A stretch of DNA of 62,915 nt, the filler included, from Atractiella rhizophila (lineage: Eukaryota): NCBI GenBank assembly GCA_021432655.1. It is 3 parts of 3 records of this genome, joined end to end, with 100 filler letters (N's around TTAATTAATTAA, not from the genome) between each part and the next. Parts side by side here need not be neighbours in the genome. Positions count along the whole stretch, not along the records: positions 48,467 to 62,915 come from MU271322.1; 2 more parts are not named here. One strand, written 5' to 3'. Positions within the stretch are counted from its first letter, which is position 1, and every line of letters starts with the position of its first letter. Both the position numbers and the translations under genes were made by a program. Below are positions 51,195 through 62,664 of this stretch, one piece after another. The notes under the pieces are model-generated. The model was given only the letters and a program-made list of their open reading frames with translations, had not been told where the DNA came from and searched no databases.

Positions 51195-54100
51195 ATGAAC
51201 AACCATTCCCGATGCATCTGCTGCCTCCGCCGTTCCACATCTTACGACGCTGACGCTGAGGTTGCAAAACCCGCTGATTCATTTCCGAACGAATCAAATG
51301 GGAGTCAACCGAAGTTACACCCATCACAACCTGCGTACCCCCGCGTAACGCTACCAAGTGTTCCTCTATCAAATCAACCGATCCCTCCGCCGTCCATATC
51401 GCATTCCGAGCCCATCAGAAATACGATGATCGACCGCGACTTGCAGATACGGCTTGCGGATATCAAGAAGGTTAATACCAAAGGTCTTCGGATCCTTTCG
51501 ATCGACAATGGAGGCGTCTGTGCCTTCTCGTGCCTTTACATGCTCGAAGCCATCATGGAGCAAGTAGCCGATCTTCTTCCTGGGAAGCCAGACTCCAGAA
51601 CCCTTCCCCCATGCCAATTCTTCGACCTCATCTGCGGCACTTCGACCGGAGGATGGATTGCTTTGATGCTTGGGAGGTTGGGGATGACTGTCCGAGAGTG
51701 TATGGATGCTTTCGACGAGATCGTAAGGGAGGTCTTCTCCGAGAAGACGCTTCGTACAGAGGGCTCATCCGCTTATTCCGACAGAGCCTTTGAGCGCATT
51801 TTTGAGAGGATCGCCAGAGATCACGCCCCACCGTCCGAAAGATCGTTGCTCTCCACCTTGGACGATGCGCGCCTTCCAATGCTCGATCCCAACTTCGACG
51901 AGCGATGTCGAGCCTTTGTCATTGCGACTTACGGAGCCAACTCAGTAGTTCCTGTAGAGATGCGCACTTACCATCTCCCCTCTGGTCGCAGGTCTGTCAA
52001 GTGCTCCATAGTAGAAGCTGCGAGAGCGACATCCGCTGAACCGACGTTCTTTCCTCCGATCACTCTCGACAGGACAGAGTATGTCCTGATTGGCAACAAC
52101 AACCCATCCTCTTTCGCTGCGACAGAGGCAAAGAGGATCTGGGGGGATGGGACTGAAGTCATTTGTTTCCTCTCCTTGGGAGTTGGTATTCGTTCCACAG
52201 TAAAACTTGGGTCGACGCCGAACAAAATCAAGGATGCCTTCAAAAAAGTCGTTGAAGACTGCTCTCGCGTCGACAAAACAATGAAGGACGAAATGCGAAT
52301 GCGTGGGATCGGCCACTGCTACCATCGATTCAACGTCGACACGCTGGGTTGTGTCGAATGGGACGAGTTTGAGAGGATGAAGGAAGTTGTTGGAGAAACG
52401 AAAGCTCACTTGGAGGGACTGCGTCATGAAATGAAAGCCGTGGCAGAATCTATAATCCTCGGTATGCTTTTCGGTCCGCCTTCATCATGGGCTAATGAAA
52501 AGTCCGTCAGCTCAACCTACTCGTGTAGCGGTTCATGAGAAAGAGCCTGTCCCGCCACGAGGACTTTGCTACGGGCGAACGAAGGAGATTGAAGCTGTGC
52601 GGACGGCCATTCGAAACGGTCAGCACGTAGCAATCATAGGTTTAGCCGGAAACGGAAAATCGACGGTCGCACTTGCTGCGTTGCATGACGAGCTTGTGAA
52701 AGCTGCTTTCATAATTCGAGAGGGAGATTTTCTGGTCGAGCGACGCTTTTGGGTCCGTTGTGACGGCTTCACTTCCTTCACTGCGCTCGAGAGCCATCTG
52801 CGTTCCCATGTTTTCACTCTACCTCGCCAGTTGGATACCACAGATTTGATGGCCGTCGCTGATTTTTTTCGGAGCAATAAATGTCTTCTCGTCTTGGACA
52901 ACTTTGAGACGCCTGCACATTCAGATTCGAAACGGATGCAACATTTCCTTCAGGCCGTTGTTGGGGAACCTGGAGTGGGTTCTATTCTCGTCGTTGCCAT
53001 GCGTGGGCAGCGTGTGCCCCTTATCGACGTGAATAGCACTGCCTTTGCGCCTGTAGTCATTGGCACGCTGAAGGAGGATAAGGAAGCAGCAACCAATACC
53101 TTTTGTCACTTCTATGAGAAAGCTCGTGACCCGCAAAATGTGGCGGTCACACAAGACATTTTATTGTGCTTGGATTACCATCCACTGTCGATCCGCCTTT
53201 TTGCTCTGAGAGCACGTTCCGATCCTTTCTCGAGTGCAGCAGTCCTTCTAGAAAAGTGGCGGCATCAAGCCAGCGCAGTTTTTTCGGAAAACGCTGATGG
53301 CAGAGACGGTACACCTACTCTAGACGTATCGCTCAGATTTTCTCTCACGTCTCCCATTCTCAAAGAACTGCCCGGCAGTTCCCTCGCCCTATCATTTCTT
53401 TCTTGGTCTCCAGATGGTCTCCTGCTCCTCGACCTGGAAGACTTACTTGCTGGAGATTACCGTGCCCTTGTCTCCATCGTGGACGTTGGTCTTGCAGACG
53501 AGGTTCCTGGGTCGAAGAGACGCTTGCGTATGCTCGCACCTGTTCGAAAATATATGAACGAACTTGTTTTGAGGCGAATCGACCCATTCTCTTTGCATGT
53601 CGCAGAATCGCTTCAGCCTCTCGCCAATTGCCTGTTGGGCAGAGCACAAGAAAGAATCGCCCAATTTTATGGGACGAAGAAGCAAGACGCCTTACTGGAG
53701 TTCAGAGATGAATATGTGAACCTTCAACAAGTCGTTTTTGACAGTCTACTGCATGTTCCAGAAATGAACGAAAGCATTGAAGCATTCGTGTTGAAAAATG
53801 CAAACATCCTCCAATTCAAGAGCTTTGATACAACGCAACTGCTCCAGAGAATGCTATCAAGAAAGGAGTTGTCTACTGTGGTGATGAGTCGCTTGCAGTT
53901 CTACCTTGGAAAAGAACTTGATTTTCGAGGGTATACTAGTAGAGCCTTAACAGAGCTGCATGACTCTATGAAGAACAGTATAAGCATTAGACACCGTGCA
54001 GACTGTGTCCAAGCCATTGCGAAGATCGATTTCCGATGCGGAAGGAACGACGAAGCGCTGGAGCGATTCAAGGACGCAGAGGAGCTGTACATCTCGATGG

Positions 54101-55356
54101 GAGATCGACAGGGCAGAGCAAACTGTGTCCAATCCATGGGGGACATCGATTTCCAATGCGGGAGGAACGACAAAGCGCTGGAGCGATTCAAGCAGGCAGA
54201 GGAGCTGTTCATCTCGACGGGAAGTGCACAGGGGAGAGCAAGCTGCATCAAATCCATGGGGGACATCAATTTCCGATGTGGGAGGAACGACAAAGCGCTG
54301 GAGCGATTCAAGCAGGCAGAGGAGCTGTTCATCTCGACGGGAAGTGCACAGGGGAGAGCAAGCTGCATCAAATCCATGGGGGACATCGATTTCCGATGTG
54401 GGAGGAACGACGAAGCGCTGGAGCGATTCAAGCAGGCAGAGAAGCTGTTCATCTCGACGGGAAGTGCACAGGGGAGAGCAAACTGCGTCAAATCCATGGG
54501 GGACATCGATTTCCAATGCGGGAGGAACGACGAAGCGCTGGAGCGATTCAAGCAGGCAGAGAAGCTGTTCATCTCGACGGGAAGTGCACAGGGGAGAGCA
54601 AACTGCGTCAAATCCATGGGGTACATCGATTTCCAATGCGGGAGGAATGACGAAGTGCTGGAGCGATTCAAGCAGGCAGAGGAGCTGTACATCTCGACAG
54701 GAAGTGCACAGGGGAGAGCAAACTGCGTCAAATCCATGGGGGACATTGATTTCCAATGCGGGAGGAATGACGAAGTGCTGGAGCGATTCAAGCAGGCAGA
54801 GGAGCTGTACATCTCGACAGGAAGTGCACAGGGGAGAGCAAACTGCGTCAAATCCATGGGGGACATTGATTTCCAATGCGGGAGGAACGACGAAGCGCTG
54901 GAGCGATTCAAGCAGGCAGAGGAGCTGTACATCTCGACAGGAGATCCACAGGGCAGAGCAAACTGTGTCAAATCCATGGGGGACATCGATTTCCGATGCG
55001 GGAGGAACGACGAAGCGCTGGAGCGATTCAAGCAGGCGGAGGAGCTGTTCATCTCGACGGGAAGTGCACAGGGGAGAGCAAGCTGCGTCCAATCCATGGG
55101 GTACATCAATTTCCGATGTGGGAGGAACGACGAAGCGCTGGAGCGATTCAAGCAGGCAGAGGAGCTGTTCATCTCGACGGGAAATGCACAGGGGAGAGCA
55201 AGCTGCATCAAATCCATGGGGTACATCGATTTCCAATGCGGGAGGAACGACGAAGCGCTGGAGCGATTCAGGCAGGCAGAGGAGCTGTACATCTCGACGG
55301 CTGATCAACGTAGGGCCTACTGCCTCGACCGCATCCCGATGATCAAGGCACACTGA
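51195..55356 (+). CDS. NLR-like protein: patatin-like domain + NB-ARC/STAND NTPase + TPR array (~1370 aa; intron 52462-52510)
   Basis: LSIDNGG, FDLICGTSTGG, ARATSAEPTFF (patatin). Walker A GLAGNGKST, Walker B LLVLDNFE, YHPLSI. A 49-nt GT..CTAAT..AG intron joins the two long ORFs in frame. Confidence 0.93.
53995..55300 (+). repeat. 11 x 120-bp (40-aa) highly conserved TPR repeats
   Basis: GAGCGATTCA recurs every 120 bp from 54061 to 55261. Confidence 0.98.
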
Positions 55357-58300
55357 ACTGGATGGACGGAGGTGAGGACCCATTCACAAGGCCATCGTGA
55401 GTCATGCTTGATATCCAGTACCTATGTTTGGGCAAACATTAACCTAGCTCATTAGTACAGTTTCGTAGGCAAAGCGCAATGAATGAACTATGCTAACTCG
55501 TATAAAGAGAACTTTTGAGCTTCATGAAGAAGTGCGAATGGATTCAGGGTCAACTCCATGTAAAGAGAGAAATCAAAGGAAATTACGTTCAGTCATGATT
55601 CTCAGGACATGTAGACACTCAATCCTAACTGAAATACATCCTCTTTGAGGTCATGAACCCGGTCAGGCTTGGCTCCACGCCATCATTTAATGACAAGCGC
55701 ACGCAACTTTGACCCGAAAGTAACCTTCAACATTCTTGACGAAGAACTCCGTCGATGATGAAGATTGTTATCAGACCCACGTTTAGGCATTGTATCATAG
55801 ACATACTGCTCATGTGTAAGTGCAAAGACACTTACAAACATATGAGCACAACTTCAGTACGATGGTCCATGACCATATCCAAGCTATCAATGATCTACCA
55901 CGATATCCCCAATGACTTTCTCTCCTCAGAAGGCATATCAAACCACCTCCCCATCTCCTCTACTCCCGAAAGCAGGTTGACCTTCTCCTTCCCTCCAATT
56001 TCCCTTGATTCCACAATCTCCACACCTCTATCGTCCAGCTCTCCTTCCAACTCGAAACACTTGCCCTCAGCCGTCCGTCCGCGACTTCCAGCGCACAGAA
56101 CCACTTTTGCAATTTCTTCTTTTCCACGTACGATTCAACCTTTCCAAGTGCGAATCCTCGTCCTCCCACCTCACAGCCTGCTCTCGTCACCATGCCTGTG
56201 CTGCAATGGCTGTGTCGCTTTGGGCACCAGCTTTAGGATCGTCTTCATACGATCTTTCTCTAAGAACTTCATAGTGTGTGTTCGTGTCGGAGCACAGGAG
56301 GACTGACTGCAAGAATTGGTGTTTTGGTTGGATTTTCAGCGGAGGAGGATGAGCCCTCACACCTCCCTCACCATGTGCAATAGAATGAAATAAGTTATGC
56401 CATCATGATCCAAATGCTTCCCCATTTCTGTAACCCACAGTGATCCCCCTGTCTCATTGAACCCTTATTAAAAGGAACTTTGTGAGCATCGAGCAAGCCA
56501 CTGCGCGTTTGTTGTTGTTGGGGGATAACATTTGCCCATTTGTTCTCAACAGAAACGATGAAATATAGAACTAGGCATTCAGGTCCAGTCACTGCAATAA
56601 AGGCATACTCTAGTGGTTAACTTATGCTGGCCTGACCTTGGCGTGCAAACTGCCATTCATCATCTTTGTCACAGATTTCTCAAATCAGCCCAAGAATCCT
56701 CTGATGTGCCCATCAGTTAACAATCATCTGCTCTGATGATACACAATGCACCACGGTTTGGTTGCATCTCAATTCAAAATCTGCCTTCCACGCAAGCTTG
56801 CAAGCACCTTCGTATCGGATGTTTAATCTTCTTTGTATTCACATCATCTGACGTGTAGTTGTTAGATTTCTGAGATGCTCCCTCGGTATTGTGTTAAGTT
56901 ATCTGAAAGAAGAATACAGGCTGATGTTTGTTGAGGCTTGACCCTCTTCCTTGAACATGTCAAAGCAGAATCGAAGCAAGAAAAGCCAAATAACGTCACA
57001 TTTATTCTTCCCCGCGCTCGCTTGCTTGACTTGATGCTGCTCTCGTCCTAAACCCTTATTGCCTATAGGAATACGCAATCTTTCGCCATTTCTGCCAGAT
57101 TTCTTGTCCTTCAGATAAGTTGTCGTTCAGGCAAGTTTATTCTAGAGAACATATAACTTTTGATTAATTACCCCAATGCTGTATTTCTAGATCTCTACCA
57201 CCACTGTTATTGTAAATAATAAATCTTAGGTACTAATACACATTCATCCTTCTCGGTATCGATTTGATGCCCATCGTCAAAAATAATGCTCATGGCCCCA
57301 AGTCTCGCTGTCTTGACCTGAGAAACTAGTTGTCTTTAACCGTATGAATTGAGATAGGTCAACTGTTTTGCCAGCGATTATCTCTGCTCTGCAACAGTAG
57401 AGTCCTTTTGATTCGTAAAGAGCTTTGACCTAATAACACAATTGCATTAATTTTTGTCTGTGAATTTGGCACGAACCATAACACAGGCCATCATTAGCAC
57501 CGGCCATCATTTGACACCTTTTCAACCCAAACGTGGGGTCAACGACGTAGAGCCAGGCCGAGAAAAAGTGCTGTTCGTTGGAAGTTATGCAGAAGTGGCG
57601 TTGACCTCGTTCGCTGCACTCTCTGTTCGAGTTATTCATAGCCAGTATGTCAACAGGAGGGTAAGCCTAAACTCCAAGACCAAATTTGGGATTCTTTGCC
57701 CGTTCTCCATGCAGAAAGAGCTCAGTGTTTTCGAAGAGCATCATACGTTTGATACCCATGCTGTTACCTGGTAGGTTTCCCATGCTTCAACATTGAGGTA
57801 TAGGATTTACCGTCTAGCTATGGCAGTGGAATTGGAAGGGGAGAAAGGATGGGGGCTGGAAGTGGGAAACTCTCACAATGCACATTGGGATCAATCAGGG
57901 GATGGTGACGATGGAGCTTTCATAAGAGAAGCAGTAAAAAACTGGTTGCCATTCCGTTATTCTTTGAGTACAGTCCCATGAGTACGTTTCCATTTCAGAC
58001 GACGTAGATAACATTGAAGAAAGGTATGGGCTATGTCCCTTTGCATTTTTCCCGCTTGGCGCAAACGAGCGCAAACAAGTACAAAAACTTCTGTTCTGTG
58101 CGCTGATTTGCGCACATTGACCAACTTCGCTCTGCGACATTGCTCTACCATGCATTCAGGGCAATGACGGAGATAGCACATTCTTATACCTTCAGACTTT
58201 GCTGACAGGCTGACAGTAAGGCAACAAGACATCTAGATTTAATATCTGCTTGTCTCCTTTCTCCTTCAAAGCTTGACACAGGAGACACAACACAATCATG

Positions 58301-58766
58301 TTTACGGCCGGGTTCTTGCTTTCACCTTATTTACAATGCATCAATGGAACAAGTCACGGCCGATTGAAGGGGGACACAATTCTCTACCCGTTGAAGTACA
58401 AGCCAGAGACAAGTGAAATTTACTAATACTCCCAAAATTTGCCATGACATACCGTGGTGGGAACAGGGCAGCTCTTTTGCAGGACAGATGTCTTGTAGAA
58501 AAATCAACATGTCAAGTCATAAAGCAGTGGTCTCTATCATTGGCAACTAGCACTTGTTCAGGTTGGGGTTGTCGTCATTGAAAAGAAAAAAAGATGGCAT
58601 GGAGCGGCGGATGGATCGTCTGGAGCCTAAAATTTTAGCGAACGGACAGCTTATTGCCTCCCGTGTGACCTGTAGGGTAAGCAGAACCGAGGGCATAACA
58701 GACGTGTCAGGCCCTTATGAACCAGCCGAGTAGTTTAGCTGCAGTAGCGGACGCAGGGAAGGGAGG

Positions 58767-59110
58767 TGTGGATCTGCTCATCCCTGGTGGTAAGCACCTA
58801 GCATGACTATTATCCGAGACTCCTACCTGCTCATCCCTGGTGGTAAGCACCTAGGGAGAGCAGGTCATTGACCGTTCGTACGTACACCCGTGTGCGGTGA
58901 TCGGACCACACTGGATACCTCCAACACCCCTCCTCGATCGCCGCACACCGCTCCTCCACCTTCATGCCCCTCCTCTTTCCGCCTCTCCATGCCCTATCCC
59001 GTTTCGGTCCACTCAATCCCCGTGTTTGTCTCGATGGTCCCCCGTGCACATCAGCGTTCTAATGGTAACCCGATAATAGAATTGGACAGACCGTTTCCAC
59101 GGGTCTTACA
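58767..59110 (-). repeat. 3' LTR of the Copia element (~344 bp)
   Basis: On the minus strand it reads TGTAAG...TCCACA. The TCCACA end matches the 6 bp next to the PBS (62659-62664). The inner boundary is inferred. Confidence 0.7.
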
Positions 59111-59145
59111 TCTTCAATAGAACGCCCGCTTGTATCCCCATCCCC

Positions 59146-61295
59146 TCATAGCAGTCCTAACGACGAGCAGAAAGGGTAATGTGGCTCAGCACCCAACCCT
59201 TTTGTGAACACGTCCGCTGACATCTCCGAAGTAGGGACCCACTTCATCGCAATTTCCTTGCCCTGAACCCTTTCTCTCATGTAGTGATAATGCACGCCGA
59301 TGTGCTTCGTTCGATTGTGGTTTGCGGGATGTTTCGCGAGGATTATTGCGCTCTGATTGTCACCCCGTATTATCGTTGGGAATCTCTGTTCAAATCCAAG
59401 TGTCCTCAGGATCTCTCTCAACCATACCGCCTCCCTCACAGCCAAAGAGAGTGCCATGTATTCGGCTTCTGTAGACGAGATTGCTACCGATTTCTGAGCA
59501 GTCGAAAAACAAGAGACCATCCCGCCCGCCAGATTGAAATGGCAACCAGATATTGACCGTCTACTGTCGATGTCCGCCGCATGATCCGCATCGCACCAGC
59601 CCACCAGTTCATTCGATGTACCCTTCCCATCCCATCTTAAAACCCTTCCGGTTGTCCTTTTTAAATATCGGTAAATCCTCGTTACTGCCTTCCAATGTCC
59701 CATCCCCAGGTTTACCATATACCTACTCACTCGATTTACGGCATATAGAATGTCTGGCCGCGTGTTGACTGCCAGATACATCAACGCGCCAACTGCCTCC
59801 GAGAACGGTATCCCTCCCATTTCCGCCTTCTCCCGTTCAGTCTTCGGTGACATATCGTTTGTCAACTTGTCCTTCGGATCGCAAGGTGTGCTGACAACAG
59901 AATGGTCCTGAAACCGTATTTCGCAATACATCTCTTGATGTAGTCGATCTGATCCATCGTTATACGCCGATTCTCGCGATCCTGGGTAATCCGCATCCCA
60001 AGGTACTCTCCCACTTTGCCGTGTGTAACTCTCTTGAAGACCACCACCATTTTCTTCATCAAGCTGTCTCGCAAATCCGTCGACGTCAATGCAACGAGTC
60101 CATCGTCCACGTGTAAGAGTACTATTACCAGGCCCCTATGATCCTGTCTAACGTACATTCCGTGATCAGCCTGTGATTTCACGAATCCTTCCTCCTTCAT
60201 CATCGTGCTGTATTCTTCGTTCCAACTCTTCCCCGCCCGTTGCAACCCGTAGAGACTCTTCTTTACTCGGTAAACCCAGTCAGGATGTTCGGGATCAACA
60301 AGGCCCGGTGGCTGCTGGACATATATCTCTTCCTCTAATTCTCCATGTAAGAATGCATTTCCAACGTCGAACTGTCCCAGGGTCTATCCGTTTATGGCGG
60401 CAAGCGCAAGGACAACTCTGATGGTGGACATGCGTACCGTCAGAGCGTAGGTTTCCGTAAAATCTCGACCCTCCACCTGCTTATTTCCAAAGGCAACTAG
60501 TCGCGCCTTATATTTCAGAAATTCGACCCCCAACTTCCTCTTCTCGCTTAACACCCACTTCAGTGGAATAGGAACGACTCTGTCCGGTTTCGGCTGTAGC
60601 GGACCCAAAACCCCCATCCCTGTGATTTGTCCCCACTCCCCTCTGCATGCTCCAGTCCACCCCCTCTATTTCTCGAACACTGTGAAGTAAGTTGAAGGAG
60701 GAAACCATGTGATATGTGGCACCGTGTCATGTATCATCTTCAATGTAGCCAGCGCAGTTCGCGGTGGAAGAATGTCCTCATGCCAATCGATTACTCGGAA
60801 CTTTGAATCCAGAATGGGTCCATCATCTCTTGCCTTCCCAGCAAATGCTCCGTTCCATACACACCACACCCCATCCATTCCCGAAGGCATCTCCCAGTTC
60901 TGTACCCCAAGAGCGCCTCCCATGACATCTCTGTCATATTCTTCATATTCTATTCCTTCAGACGAATATCTGCATTCTTGGTTGAAGGCTGGATGTTCGG
61001 GAGGGAGAGGATTGTCTTTGCCATAACCAGGGACATAGATCGGGAAGGTGGATAATGCAGCAGGATTGGCGGGAAGGTGTCGTCCCCGCTGTTCAAACGC
61101 CTCCTGTACATAGGCAGGAACCCAAGCAAGGTCATTAGGTCCGAACACGGCTGATCCATCTCCAGTTCCATCAGCTCTCCCGTCGTCGATGTGCACGTTA
61201 ACGGCTCCCACAATGTTCTTTGTTCCGTCATCGTCTACCATCGTATTCAATCGAGAGACAGCCAGGCCACTGACGTTCCATTGAGTGATACCCGT
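59146..61295 (-). pseudogene. Copia pol remnant (RT-RNase H) with in-frame stops and one frameshift
   Basis: In frame with gag. Stops at 60666 and 60384, frameshift near 59920. Confidence 0.88.
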
Positions 61296-62612
61296 TTAAT
61301 ATCTCCCTACTTCTGCCACTCTTGCTCTCATTCGGGTGTTGACATCCGCCCCCTTCAGTCTACACGTTTCTCCACGATGCCCCTCCTGAAAACAGACATG
61401 ACATCTCCCATTCAACATCAGCTTTCCGCCAGCTGTAAATCCACCATTCCAAACTCTTCCAGGAATCTCTTGCAATTGATCAACACGTGTTGGATTTCCT
61501 CCATTCCTCAGAGGTAGCGCATATATCATCCTCTCGGACGATAGGAGAACGTTTCGGTATGGTCTTAGTGTGGGCATAAGCTGCTGTGACTTCGGACGGA
61601 ATACACGTTGAGGTGGCGTCATTGTCGTGGAACCTCTCCTTGTCGGCGTGCCTGGAATGAAGTTATGCGTCCTGTTAGCAGTAGGTGTCCGTGGGCTCTG
61701 GACGGAATATGCGCTGGAGGGTTCGTGAGTCGGATAGTCGAGGTATGTCCCGTTGGTAGGAGGTTGTCCCATCTCGATCCTCTTTAAGTCCATGTCCCAC
61801 TGCTTGATACAGAAATCCAGGATTCCGTCTAACATGGACTCAAACTTCTTATCCCTTAACGTCGGACTGGTGTAATCCCTCGCCCATTTCGGATCATTCT
61901 CTACCTTCTCCATCAACCCCGTCCATGGCGGGATTGATTGAGCCTTCAGGAGGTCAAGGAAGAACGAATTCAGGACTTTGTCTTCAGATCTAGCATCGCT
62001 AATAGCTCGTTTCTTGGTTCGCCACTTATTCCACCATTCCTTCTGGTCTTCTCCCGCAACTTGCCTCATATTGACGAAATTGAGGAGGTCGAATATTTCC
62101 GATTGCTTCTGCAGAGCCCTGTATTGCGTCTTCAGGACATTGATCCTCTCACGACATGTCCCAAGTTTCGCCATCAAATCCCAATCACTCTCCGTCACGA
62201 GAGCCTTCAGGATAGTATTGGCAGCCACATCATTTGAGATCCATTTCTGATAGGTGGTCATCTTAGAGGTAAACGAGGTTGCATTCTCCTTCAAACCGCC
62301 GATCGCGAAAGTAGGAAGTTCTGGTTTAGGCGTACCTCCACTCCCTTCCTCAAGAACAACCTCCCCAAAACCACTCCCTACCGCCAAGCGAATAAACTCT
62401 TCATACCAAGATTTCCAGTTCCCTGCCTCCAGCTTTCTACCACTCCAAAGACTCATCAAGTTTTGTGCCATTGTCGCGACCGCCGCCTTCTCTTTCTCGT
62501 GGTCCAAGATGAGATCCAGGGTCTCACTAGATGCGTTTGATTCGGTTTCCTGCTCAGGAAAAGGGGTTGGAGCCGGCGATGGGGGCAGAGATATTAACTT
62601 GTCAACGTTCAT
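61296..62612 (-). CDS. Copia Gag
   Basis: 438-aa ORF with KLEAGNWKSW and the CHVCFQEGHRGETC zinc knuckle. Confidence 0.8.
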   Translation of the reverse strand: MNVDKLISLPPSPAPTPFPEQETESNASSETLDLILDHEKEKAAVATMAQNLMSLWSGRKLEAGNWKSWYEEFIRLAVGSGFGEVVLEEGSGGTPKPELPTFAIGGLKENATSFTSKMTTYQKWISNDVAANTILKALVTESDWDLMAKLGTCRERINVLKTQYRALQKQSEIFDLLNFVNMRQVAGEDQKEWWNKWRTKKRAISDARSEDKVLNSFFLDLLKAQSIPPWTGLMEKVENDPKWARDYTSPTLRDKKFESMLDGILDFCIKQWDMDLKRIEMGQPPTNGTYLDYPTHEPSSAYSVQSPRTPTANRTHNFIPGTPTRRGSTTMTPPQRVFRPKSQQLMPTLRPYRNVLLSSERMIYALPLRNGGNPTRVDQLQEIPGRVWNGGFTAGGKLMLNGRCHVCFQEGHRGETCRLKGADVNTRMRARVAEVGRY

Positions 62613-62645
62613 TCAACAGCGTTTTCAAAAATTTTCCCCCAACCT

Positions 62646-62658
62646 GCTCTCGCTACCA
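62646..62658 (-). promoter_or_regulatory. Primer-binding site
   Basis: TGGTAGCGAGAGC directly follows the LTR end ...CA. It resembles the initiator-tRNA-Met PBS of Ty1 (TGGTAGCG). Confidence 0.75.
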
Positions 62659-62664
62659 TGTGGA

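Larger units (their letters stand above)
58767..62664 (-). mobile_element. Ty1/Copia LTR retrotransposon, defective
   Basis: Gag with CCHC knuckle, then RT (KARLVA, DVGNAFL, SLYGL, HVDD) and RNase H (CDADHA, SSTEAEY, DNQSA, RTKHI, ADVFTK). PBS and LTR ends are identifiable. Confidence 0.92.

Noticed and set aside
53901..55383. Long antisense and alternate-frame ORFs over the TPR array
   Set aside because: A stop-free 120-bp unit repeated 11 times keeps several frames open. There is no independent coding evidence.
55700..58300. Possible decayed genes or transposon fragments between the NLR and the Copia element
   Set aside because: Only short, stop-ridden frames with no motif I can identify.
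58774..58854. CRISPR-like repeat-spacer-repeat
   Set aside because: There are only two repeats, they lie inside an LTR in eukaryotic DNA, and no cas genes are present.
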